Shown here in pieces: positions 39,401 to 51,046 of a stretch of DNA of 64,000 nt. The stretch covers positions 47,002,401-47,066,400 of the forward strand of contig CM120641.1 in the NCBI GenBank assembly GCA_051362555.1, written 5' to 3'. The stretch's first letter is position 1. Every line of letters begins with the position of its first letter. The notes beneath the pieces were generated by a model. The model saw nothing but the letters and a program-made list of their open reading frames with translations, was not told the DNA's origin and did no database searches. The position numbers and the translations under genes were made by a program. Source of the DNA: Lingula anatina. Lineage: Eukaryota > Animalia > Brachiopoda.

Positions 39401-42400
39401 TATTCTGTGTCGTGGTTGTAATGGAAATTTTATAGATAGATTGTGTTTGCCGCTGCTTTCATATTTTGGTGACACCAATTAATGTCCACAAAAGAACGTT
39501 TAATTGTTAAAACTGACCGGTTGCATAGAATGAATCATGTCATTAAGAGATCTGAAATTAATTAATGTGGTTTAGAATAAAAGTAGTTAAGTGTACAGGG
39601 GGTATTTGAAAACAAAAACAATTCCATTGTAAACAGTTTGTTCATGTTTAAGTTATTGTAGTGAAATGCACCATAAACCAGTATAAGTAGAAATATTTGA
39701 GAGCCTGTTAAATAATTTAACGTGTTGCGATGTTTTTTTTTAAATAAAGTTTGAAATAGACGTTGGCGTATCCTGGGGCTTTGGCGACCTATTCAGCATT
39801 GCATTTACTGCGCCCTTTGAAATAAGGTAGGTTTTCCCTAAAACTCTCACTCCTTTGCTCCCGTCATGTTGGCAAAATTTGAAACACAGTTTTTGATTAC
39901 ATATATTTGTAAGAGTGGATCAACGAATGTACGTGTAATAGGGGCTTCACGATACAAGGATTCAATTAAGTTAAATATTTTGTACTTATACATGTACGGG
40001 TATATTATTTTTCATATTATACATGTAACTGCGAAAAGATTGTGTTATTCGATTAAATACCGACAAAATATCCTTATGTGAACGAAATAATATGAAAGCT
40101 TCTGTAGGCTGTTGCGGGTGCAAATTCTTATTTTTATTTTCATAGCCTCAAACCTGAACTGAATCTGCACTTCGATTTTGAGAACGAGCTGGGTGCGCTT
40201 GCAACAGGACATTTTCGTATCACAGGCGGCTTGAAACTCGTCCTTGCCAAGAAGAAAGCAGTTAGCCTGAGTGTTGTGGCAATGGGAAGAACATGGTGGT
40301 ACGTGTGTCAATCTTTAACAATTATACATATAGGAACCTACTATCAGTCACTCTTGATCTTGTTGGACTCAAACTCGCTATGCAAAGTATTTCAAGTTTT
40401 TAAAAAAGAATATTGTGTAGTTGCGCATTTTGCTTATATTTTTTAACTACATGTACTCTTTGATCAGGCATTCTGGCTTTCATTTTGACGTTGTGTTCTG
40501 TGGAAACGGCTTTCTAAAACATAAACCAGGTAAAGAACGTACGAATGCTGTATAATGTAACTTTTAAAGCAGTGACATTGCGACGGGGCCAGAAACATTT
40601 TTTAGTATTCATTTTTACCGTTTTAGGGAACACGCGTTTAACCACGATACATTTAATAAGCCCATACCCTTAGCAAAAGACAAAACCATTGTAAACAAGA
40701 GAGGCATGGTTTGCTTGGCACAGAGAAATGGAAGTCGACGTAAACGGAGCACGAAGCCATGTTCAATAAGGTAATTCTACTGTTTAATTATATAACTACA
40801 TTTTAAATGTAGATTTAAAAGCAAGCCTTTTCTGGTTGTAATTGTTTGGTTGACTATATTCTTTTTCAAAACGTTGTCCAATTGAATAATTATTGCAAAT
40901 TGCTACCATAGCTTTACATATGAAACATTTTGCATTGATGGACCTGTCCCTACTACGGATATTTGTGCAGGGGGTAAAACCTTCAGCACATCATGGTACC
41001 CATAAAATACAAAGTCAATTAAGCATGGAAACGGAAAAAGGAGTAGGCGTACTGGGCATTTCAGTCACATGCCAAAATCAACGCTTGCTTTTAATTACAA
41101 GAAAAAATAGCTGTATATAACAACAAATGTTACGTTTAATGGAATAGGATCATATTAATATTCTGCGTACAATCGATCAATTTCGCTGGTGTTATGATAA
41201 TAGACATTAATACTCTATATTAACTGTTTCAGCAATGAGTACAAGAAAGGGGGCGAGATAAACGGGCATTTGCAAAGCAAGTTTTCTGTGCTGCGCGACT
41301 TGGTGAAAACCGTCACAAGGAAAGGTATATCATTTGGAAATACAAATATTATTTTACAAAAATAAAAACTCTGGGGTTCAAAGAGCCAAATTCGACGTAG
41401 AAAATGTGCTATTTAGACAAAAGTTTGATGTGGCCTATAGACATACCGTGCCTAGCAGACCTTTAGCTAAGCGTTTTCCTACAGGAACCATGTTCATTTT
41501 ACTCTGAATACGTGTGGTAACTTTTGTCATAAGTTCAATTTGTGTTATGCTTATAATTGCTCATCAAAAACACCTTTATGCATAAGTAATTCTTCTACAT
41601 TTACTTTCTTTCCTTATTGCACATTAATTTTATTTACGATCTTAATTAGGAATTCAATGTGAATATTGTAAATTGCTTGCTTCTAGTTTTTTTTTCTTTC
41701 CATCTCTGGTACATGTACTTGCAGGTACACGCAAGCAAGGAAAATAATGAATTTGTTTTATTCAATATTAGATTTAGAGGTGGTAGGAAGTGCCGATAAC
41801 GGTAACACAGCTGTTCTGAGACTCGGAGGAGCTAGACAGGCGGATATGCGTTTAATCAAGAATTGGACAACATGTGGAGAAAATTTCTGTGATTCCAAAA
41901 TACTTCCGGACAATACTTTAGCCATAAGAATACCAGAGGATACGGTAAAGAATGATAATACTGTCTACAGCGACAATGCAGGTGAGAAAAAGATGCCTAA
42001 TTTTGTCTAACTTAGATATGTCACTTGAGTTACCCTCCATTGATTCTTTTTTCAAATTGCGTCTTTCTTTGAGGTTAAAAGATGACAAGGATATATCAAG
42101 ACAAACGTATGTACTCCGGAATAACTAAGTTAACACTTCATTTTCTTATGTATCATTTTATTGTAAGACCGGGACATAATATTTATTGCTTTCTCCTGAA
42201 TACCGGTACATACCAATAGATTGCACTGTTCAATGATTAGCTTAGGGGGCCAAACATGGCAAGCAGTATGCTCAACCATAATTTAACGTAACTTTTGTAC
42301 ACTTGTGCAAGATCTGAATCAGTGATGGGGGGAGTTCGGCGTGTTTTAATTGTCGTTAATTGCACTATCACATGCAGGGTTTTTATAGATGCATGTATTC

Positions 42401-45400
42401 AGCAAGTTCGGTCGGTGTACCTCTGATATTAAGTGATTGGACTTTGATATTACAGTGTATCAATGATTTTCTTTAACTATTGAACAACTCCAAGATGGCG
42501 TTCAATTACTGTATCTTCCACATATTGGACCCGTGACGCTGCTTTTGTTTTATTATTTAAAATGTGTTGATATATTAGTAATTGTTCATCCTGCACAAAA
42601 TATATACGAAACAAATGAATCTACAAGTAATCCGGCAGTTGGTTGTTCTTAATTTTGACCAAATTGTACATGATATGAAGAACAAAGTTTCACGGTATTA
42701 TACAGTTTAGATAAATGTTGAAATTTAGTGTTTTTGTGCCAACGTTATATACAACATATGCTGTATAGCATGTTTTCCTAGTCAGTTCCATTACGTGTCT
42801 CTTGTCATTTTTATTTTTAGGCGATCCTGCTCTACCTAAAGCAGCCAAAAACGCATTGCGCGTTTTCATTCTCCCAGTGGGCCAGGGGGATGCCACAGTT
42901 ATCCAGTGTCCGAGAAACGGACGTTATGCTGGGGACATCATATTTATAGACATGGGGTCCTTGTCTTCAAAATCCACAGGATTCTGGACAGCTGCAAAAG
43001 TCACGCGCTTTTTAGGAAATCATTTGAAAAAACTTGATCGCGTCTACATAACACACACAGATTCAGACCATGTGAACAAGCTCCAGCCTGTTCTTAACGC
43101 AAGCGGATTGTGGGCGAAAATAAAATCTAATGTGACCTTAATTATACCACAAAATGCTGCTAATGGGGTAGCCGATTTCTTTGAAAAGAGAAATGTGAGA
43201 AGAATACAGCCTTGTCTCTTGGGAAATTGTAATAGAGGAACATATAACCCAAACATATGCTCAGGTAATGCACAGATACACATACTTTCATCTGGCCAAG
43301 GTTCTTCTAGCAATGACGGGGGCCTGGTTCTGCGTTTGACATACAAAACCCAGAGTATGCTATTTCCTGGAGATATGAGCTCTGTGAACAAAGCCCTTCT
43401 CAATTCGGATAAAATAGCAGCAACTGTATACAAATTAGCTCACCATGGAGCTGCAAGTTCTCACGCGAACAATGACTCCTTTTTAAAAGCTGTTAATCCA
43501 TCTGTTGTCGTAACTACTGGCGATCCTTGGTATCATCCTACCTACCGACACCCTCGTTGTGACGTTTTGGAGAGAGTTAAGGGGTATTTACGAAACAAAG
43601 ACCCCAAAATAGACTTTTCCCCACAAATGACGTATTCTTGCGGTGGGAATAGTACAGGCGAACGTAAAGAAATGAGTGCGGATGGCTTACCCATATTTAC
43701 TTCGACACCAACGAACACATCTTTGAACCTAATACAAATTGACTTTAAGACAGGGAATGTCCGTGTAACAAATGCCATACGTGATATTGTGACACCTAAT
43801 GGAAAGGGGATTCGGCGTGGTAGAGCTGCTCAGACGAATAAGAAAAGTCCTCCACGTAAGCTATGTGATGTGGTGCTATGTCTGCTACTTAGTGTAACGT
43901 CGATACTTAAACGACATTGTGTAAAGGGGTCAACATTTTTGTAAACATAGTAAGTTCATTGCCTTTATTTGACCTAATCATGCCATTACATAATAGAAAA
44001 GGCAGACTTAAAAAGGTAGTTATAAACCAAATTCGCAAAGCACGCTCGAGGGCTTTTAGCAGCTGGAAATGGGCCTTTATTTGTGGTTTATGTTCTTTGT
44101 CATTTACTGTTTAAGAATATGTACTCAGAGACGAATGTGAAGCAACAGAATCGCCACAGAATGTCAAAGACGTTTCCTTGGAAGACGTTTGCATGCCAAT
44201 GGAGACAAGGATTACTCGGGATAGTGACCGATTCGAAAGGTAAAACAATCACTACAACCTCGTACTAATAGGAGTCCTGCAATACACATTAATTCTTAAA
44301 CGCAAAAAGGGTCTTTGTTGATAAATTATAATCTCATATTGCGACATGCACAAAATTAAACATCTGTAACTCTCCAGTAATATGCATTGTAAAAACCTTA
44401 TGTTAATGTGCTCTGAGGCGTGTTTGTGTGTGTGTGTGTGTGTGTGTGAATTAATCAATCTGCTTACAGTTTGGTGCAGTACACGTACGGAGATGTAATG
44501 TTTGAAAACCGCGAACGTCTTGACACCTGGTGTGGCAACCCTGGAAGACGCTGCACTGACTGTCTAGAGATATCTGATGACAATTGGAGCAGCTGTGCAG
44601 ACAGGATGATGGCACCTAAAATGGTGTTTCTGATCCGGCGCTTAGCTGCATTGGTTTACCAGACATGGCCAGATGATGATTCTGATACAAAAGGTACAAG
44701 GTTGTAAATATATTTACATTCTTGAATTAACAAAGCCTGTCATTAGATGGTTATTATGACCAAGACGGAGATCTGGTTTCAACGTTAGGGCTTGCCTGAG
44801 GCACAGTGAGATGAAATAGCTCATATAATTCTATTGGGATATGAACACCATCTATATTTTATTATGCGCATTATGATTTTTGCAATAGTCATATCATTGC
44901 ATAGGGTGTATACCCTGTATTGTCTTGTTAAATTTTCGAATTGTGTACATTTCTTTGCAGGGGCAGGTATTCAGTGGCTCAAACTATTGGAGGCATGGGA
45001 CGAACCAACATCATCTCATCCACAGGGTCAGCATGGGAACAGTTCGCTTCATTATGAAGGGAGGTAAAGTGCCTATGATTTATTCAAAATAGCAATGTCC
45101 ATACACCGGTTATCAACTTAGTTGTCATAAGATATACTACAATTTATATTGTGAAACATTTTATTCCAGGGCAGCCGAACTTACTTTAAAAAAATCAAAC
45201 CCGACAAAAATTCAGGAATTAGCTCGGCTTGCAAGGTGCGCAGGATTCGACCATGTGCGTCAAGAAAATGACAGGATAAAAGTGTGCGTTTTGCCTCAAG
45301 AGGGTGACTTTGGTGAAGTCGTTTCACTGCTGAAGGCACAACTGCGTGTGGTGAATGCACCACCTATAGAGGAGCATCAGTATGCCATCCCGGAGGAACT

Positions 45401-48400
45401 TGACGGAGAGCCCAGAATACCAAAACTGTTTGATGGCTGGAATAGAAGTCAACCTATTTCTGAACACTTCAAAATACAGGACTTTCTGTGTCCACATAAA
45501 CAGCGGCAGTACTTTCGATATTTCCGCCTTGAAGAGAAAGTAGTAGAATGTCTTGAACAAGTTATAACTGACCTCGAGGAAGAGATAATTGTGGTAAAAG
45601 GCTACAGTGTTAGATCCGTGAATTTAATAAATATTGAGAACAGACACCCAAATGAAAAACTTAGGTACCAGATGGGGCAAGCCGTGTATATAGCACTGAC
45701 GCAAGGATCTAAGAAAACCGTTAAAGAACTAACGCTGCAGGTTGTCAGGTCTTGCCTTCCTTTAGTAATATTTGATCAACTCAGTCTCAACATTGGAATA
45801 CACTCTGATGGCGTATACATAGACATACATCCCTCAAATACATCACAGAGTGGTACTCCATTGTACATGTGGACAGGGAGTGGAAAACGGAAGCAGAGAG
45901 ACATCGATGACATGGACACGTTTGCCTATCAGATTCAAAGAGGTAAAGTGGATTTTAACAGGCGTGTTTCTCTTTTAGCACTCCTGTAGTCCAATGGCGT
46001 GATGGTCGTAGATATATTGTGAACACGTCATGAGGTAATAATGGTAATATGCGGTAATCCAAATATTTGCAACTCAAAAACACTATTAAAACTTATTTTA
46101 AAGTCAAATAGCTGTTAAGCTACAATTACACGTACTTCTGGAACTACAAAACATACATTTTACCTTTACAGGTGGTCCTATTATTGTTCCAAGGCGACCA
46201 GAACGTGCGTGCAAGACTCCAACTTTAGGGGAAGACATGTTTTATGTATCTGTACAGTTGGGTTCTGGGAGGTTTGTACAATACTACATGTAATTTTTGT
46301 AACATGAATGGTGCCTTTTTCCTGGCGATCGAGATGAACCAATTTAGAAATGGAAGTGTGCTCGCAGAAAAAAAAAAAAAAAACAAAACAGTATTTAGCG
46401 GGCTTAATGTTTTGTCTCTACAAATTACCCATGTATACCACTTTACGGAAAAGTAAGTTGCATTCTCCATTACAACAGGTCGCCAGGAATCTAAAAGGGT
46501 CCATGAACTTAGAGATATTTGAACATGGCTTAATAGTTTAAGATTAACCTCCCGTGTATTCCAACATTTACCATATGACAAAATTTGTTGTAGATCTAGG
46601 GAATATTAATTAATTCTCATTTTTACTTTCAAATCAATTTTGATATTTTGTTTGTGATTATTTTGAAGAGAGTTGGGAATTAATGTATTTTAATCTTTCT
46701 CTTAGATTAGTTGTGAAATTGTCCCCTTCGTAGCGACATAAATCATCAAAAGTTTCAAGACAGTTGTGAACTATTTAGCGATACCCTAAATTATTCACTC
46801 CACAATTTCTTTATGCAGACGATACTGTAATTCAGCACAGCCATCACCATTTTGCCAAGCTACTAAATCACATAGGGAAAAGGAACTAAAGGCCCTAATG
46901 AAAAAGGTTCAATCCGCTGTGGGATCACGAACACTGAAAGCAGGAAATGCCAGGGACTGTTTCGTAAATGCGTGTGGAAAGTGCAAGGGATCAGGTCAGA
47001 ACGGTTTCCATGGGGAAATATTGTAAACATTAATTAAACCCGTCAACAGGTACTTGAGTCAATTGCAGATTATCTCTGACAAAATGCGACATATGTTATT
47101 TTTTAGGCCTTCATATAAGACATAGATAATGATATTGCCATACATGCATTTAGTTTATTTCTACTTGAATTCATTTTAAAATATTTCGGCGTACGAAAAA
47201 TGTATCAATTACTTTTAACTTTTTTCAGGGTCTGTTTGGGAAAAGAAAGTACGTTCCTGTCTGGCGTTCCTGGGAGATTTCATATTCAAAGCCAGTACAC
47301 CGTTTAGAGATATGCACAACAAGGCGGCGTTCTTTAACACCGAGAATCCGAACTCCACTGTCCATCACTTATCGTGTGACCGGATGGTTTGTCTGGAGAA
47401 CACAATACTACACGGGATTCTTGGTACGGGGAGTCTTAAATTGCCATTGTACTGAAATAAGGTTTTGCTCTCAAAGCAGTACTCAACTGATGAAAATAGT
47501 ACTAAGTATTGAGGGGTACAGACATATATAGACAAAACGTGATGTTTTACTCTGTAAAGTTTGCGTTAAAATATGGAAGTTGGAAAACATAAATGAGCTA
47601 TTTGCACGTTGGAAATAAAGTGTGTCACATGTCTTCACCTTCAAGTAAGTTTTGAATCAAAAGTAAATGCATCTGTTTTATTTGACAGTTGATACTGTGA
47701 CGGCCACCTATCGCCCAGAAGATAATGACATTGAAAAACGCCTGTACAGTGGAGCAGAAAACCCCAGCCCAATAATGGACTTGTTAGAGCAAGTAATGGC
47801 AATGCGTGCTTCTGGTCACGTTAGGGTGTACATTGAGCGAGATAATGACCTCTCTGCTCTACATAATGTGATTAAAGTAAGTGAGTTTTAATATAATAAC
47901 AAGTTGATTATTGCGTCATTCAAGATATGTTAAAGTAGATAATACATAAGCACGTATACTTTTTTCTTTGGGTGACTCTGGATTCTACATTCAGTCTTTT
48001 GTAACTCGGAAAATATGTTTTCTGTACAACAAACTTGTTATACATCCCCTGTGCTTTACAAGAACCTAACCAAACCCTTCTGTAAACCTTTAGATATTCA
48101 GTATAAAGCGTTCAGCATCGTGACAGCTACATGTAAGACAAGGCGGTTATGTTGTGGGCTATTTGCCTTTACTTTTCATTTCATTGTTAGATTTTGCTGG
48201 TGCACAACTCCAAAGTGACCAATGTGACATTCCACGTGACCCCCGATGCCAACAAAGACTACATCAACGAGGGTCTTCAGCGCAAGATAGAGAACTGGGC
48301 CGGCTCGGCGTGTCCGACGCGCAGTAGGGTGGCCATTTCTCCGTTCACAGTGGAAGATGTGCCTCACCAACGCGTGCGACGCAGTTTAGAGAATAGCAAA

Positions 48401-48463
48401 GCCAGAAACGACATGAAACGTGACCTTCACCACTGGGAGTTGAACTGGTTAATGCGGAACTGA
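36444..48463 (+). CDS. Secreted multidomain protein (~1724 aa): beta-rich N-terminal region, ComEC/ComA-like metallo-beta-lactamase domain, Hedgehog N-terminal (Hedge) domain, inactive peptidase M15-like domain, Cys-containing C-terminal region; no Hint/Hog domain
   Basis: 22 phase-consistent exons: 36444-36638, 37027-37238, 37483-37863, 38484-38547, 38830-39085, 39266-39381, 39750-39826, 40146-40298, 40627-40770, 40912-40995, 41233-41324, 41772-41981, 42821-43855, 44116-44239, 44470-44693, 44961-45063, 45170-45942, 46172-46271, 46819-46994, 47229-47423, 47689-47876, 48191-48463 (sum 5175 nt, divisible by 3). Signal peptide MALTLQHLAYVVCLLYSSTS; an in-frame upstream ATG at ~36414 is an alternative start. 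Confidence 0.85.
42821..43855 (+). other. ComEC/Rec2 (ComA-like) metallo-beta-lactamase-fold domain, single exon
   Basis: Motifs in family order: LRVFILPVGQGDATVI, IFIDMG, ITHTDSDH, SSNDGGLVLRL, MLFPGD, YKLAHHG, FLKAVNPSVVVTTG, YRHP...VLER. These correspond to the ComEC C-terminal signature VGQGD / HxDxDH / N / GD / HHG / YGHP. Confidence 0.92.
44116..45300 (+). other. Hedgehog N-terminal signalling (Hedge, HH_signal)-like domain over exons 14-17
   Basis: RITRDSDRFESLVQYTYGDVMFENRE...ADRMMAPKMVFLIRRLAALVYQTWP...LKLLEAWDE...HGNSSLHYEGRAAELT...ELARLARCAGFDHV aligns with Hedgehog KISRNSERFKEL...DIIFKDEE...ADRLMT...LAISVMNQWP..LRVTEGWDE...SLHYEGRAVDIT...LARLAVEAGFDWV. Confidence 0.92.
44420..44448. 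repeat. (GT)n microsatellite
   Basis: Directly visible. Confidence 0.9.
45455..45835 (+). other. Peptidase M15 (Peptidase_M15_3, Hedgehog/DD-peptidase fold)-like domain, catalytic residues replaced
   Basis: ISEHFKIQDFLCP...FRLEEKVVECLEQV...IIVVKGYSVRSVN...RYQMGQAVYI...IGIHSDGVYIDI follows the M15_3 pattern lS-x-hF-x-x-x-EF-x-C...L-x-x-LE...I-x-SGYR...N...H-x-x-G-x-A-x-D-I...G-I...VHID. The three Zn-ligand positions appear as Tyr. Confidence 0.7.
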
Positions 48464-50172
48464 GGCACCGAGGAATGAAGCCGTGCTGTCTGAAAAAACT
48501 TAATGACGCTTTATATTTTTGTGTTCATCCCATCAGTCACGCAATTCGAGTCTAAGTGTTGAGTTTAACATGACAAAGAGCTCAAATTAAAATGACGAAA
48601 AATTAATTTAAAATAGAGATTTATTTAACATACATCTATAGAGCCTGTCCTTCATTATTGCCATTCAGATTAAGGTTAGAATGACGTTAGTGGACGGGGC
48701 TTACATTGTACCTGTAAAACAGTGCCACCGGTGCCCAGACCTGGTGCTAAACTGTGTAATATGCAACAAGTTTTTTTTTTAGTTTTAATCAACTTTGGGT
48801 ATCGTCACATTGTTTATGAATGCTATATGAATAATAAACTTGTAAAACGAGAATTTTAATTGCCGAAATGAGGGGCAAGGGGTGATCCTATGTAGATAAC
48901 TCCATATAATATTAATCGTTGTACATGTACTACCCACGGTAAAAACACAAATGCAGACTTGAATCTGACACTGCTCTGGCGTGCAAGTCGATGTTTTCTT
49001 TCTTACAACTACTTTTCTTTGAATTTAAGTATCTCCCTTCAATCATTTATAATAAAACCTTTAGAATTCCATCCGATTTATAATTTCGCTATTTTTATTT
49101 TTCAACAGCTCATTTGATAAATGTAAACAGGTATTCTTATTGATTCTTTTTTCTTTTTTTTTTTTCGTTTTCAATACATTACATACACTTCATGTATATT
49201 TTCTACACAATTTGTAACATGTTTGTAAGGATAAGTTACTCCCGTGTTTGGTCTTAGTGATTGCTATGGCTTAGTGTCCCGATTATCTTTTTTATGTATT
49301 TGCTTACTGGATTCAGAACATGTCAGGGATTAAAGTTTAAAGAACTACTGCTTTCGCCAAAAGTTGTGACTTTGTTTTTTGTCTGCCCTCTGTTTTTATG
49401 TGTGCATGTGGCATCATTTAAATCTCACACAAAAATGTTTTTGTATCGTAATATTTTCCTATAATTACAACTTTTAAGAAGGGTCCTTTTTCTCGCAAGA
49501 GAGAGTTTTTATGAAAGAGATCAATTTTTAGTATGCTTCACATGGGGTGTGCTATGTACCGTGGTTGAATATTGTAGTCAGTTCACATTGATTAAGTCAC
49601 TTTTTTACTTCATTAAACTTAGGTGTACTATCCACGTTTTAAATTACCCAAAATCATATTCCTTTGTCTACATAACCCGCAAACTACTTATCTCTCCGAA
49701 TTCGGACCTTAAAAACGATTAAACCCCTCAAATAAAAGGACATGTACCTAATGCCGATATTCCCCTGTGAAATGTATAGGACATGACATGGCGGTATAAA
49801 AGTTACGATTAACATTTTGAACTAAAAAATTAGATAAAATGCTATAAAAGGTCAAATTCAAGTGCAGAGACGGATCAAGCAAACACTCGTGAATAGGAAA
49901 AATTACTTTTTAAAGGAAATTTCGATTGCGCAGTAAAATCCCGGAAGAGATAACTTAAATTTCATTGAATTAAATGTTGGTTGTGTGGTCAGATATGTCG
50001 TATTTATTGGACGACACTGAAATATCCGATTGCAATAAATAACTCTGACCAAAGCTGCTGTTTGGACATTCTTTATTGCGTTATCGGCACAACTAACGCA
50101 GCGCTTCCGTATTCACAGACATGTGCGGATTCTAAGCGGTTTAGATTGTATGAAAATAAACACATTTTGATA

Positions 50173-50472
50173 TAACCTAACTCGGAAGTAGAGGCTATTT
50201 ACCTGCCCAAGACCGCAATTATAAAGAATTGGTAGTTAAAACTTTCATCTTCTTACTTATTCACCTGCCCATTTTGAAAAACAAGCACTTACGGGGGTAG
50301 AAAGATGCTGAGAGTGAAAAGAAAAAAAGTGAAAATACCAAAACAAAATTTGCTTCCTAATTTATTCACAACCACGAGTGGATCTTCATACGTCAGGCAT
50401 TGTATGAAAAGGCCACAGTCCGATATTGCCTAACTCAAAACTAGAGGCTATTTACCTGCCCAAGGACGCAAT
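50173..50472 (+). repeat. ~45-bp direct repeat pair (about 50176-50220 and 50429-50473)
   Basis: CCTAACTC....TAGAGGCTATTTACCTGCCCAAG..CGCAATT occurs twice. Confidence 0.8.
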
Positions 50473-50720
50473 TTTATTGTGCGTGCCCGCAACCACAAAA
50501 GAAAAAGCAAGCTTCTCCGCCGGTGGTTACATGTACGTTGTACCACGGAGCACTTGCTCACTGCTATAATGAGACACCTGACCACAACATTTTGTGAGAC
50601 ATAAATCAAGAAAATGTCTCGAACTGAAATTGAGACCTGTGTTCAAAATTCTTACGTTGCAGTTTTATCTACACTTGAAAGTTTCAGTGAGACAGGTATA
50701 ACACATGTAGACTAACAGGT

Positions 50721-51046
50721 TGTTGCCAGGGAACTACTCGTGTCAGGCTATAAAGTAAGTGATTGGGAGGCCCTGAGTGGTAATTGGTTATAGATGTAAA
50801 GAGATATATATGATAGTCTACTTATTTAAGGAGAGTGCATACTGATGACGCATGGTAGGAGACCGTGTCATACCACGTGAGAGAGCTCCACGTGTATTAG
50901 GAGATGATAGGATAACACTAGCTGAAGTGTAGACTTGTGTTTTGTTTAAGATAAATTGGCATTGAAATTGTGCCAGTATTATGTAAATAATCGGCGTAGC
51001 TTCGACTCAGTGATATAGATTTTTCTGTCATCAACGTGGTATCAGA
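50721..51046 (+). mobile_element. Possible decayed LTR (TGTTG...CAAC[G]) followed by a PBS-like TGGTATCAGA
   Basis: 316-bp segment with near-canonical LTR inverted termini and TATA-like and ATAAA motifs, immediately followed by TGGTATCAGA (51037-51046). No second LTR or pol found in the window. Confidence 0.35.

Noticed and set aside
42802-43944. Stand-alone bacterial comEC gene or contamination
   Set aside because: The ORF has no real ATG start, is bounded by a polypyrimidine-AG acceptor and a GTAAG donor in phase with neighbouring exons, and lacks the ComEC membrane domain.
23277-45560. Minus-strand ORFs overlapping the large exons
   Set aside because: Antisense shadows of the coding strand with no motifs or splice support.
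36444-48463. Calling the gene hedgehog (hh) or hedgling
   Set aside because: No N-terminal CGPGR, no GCF cleavage site or Hint/Hog domain after Hedge, and no VWA/cadherin/TM region.
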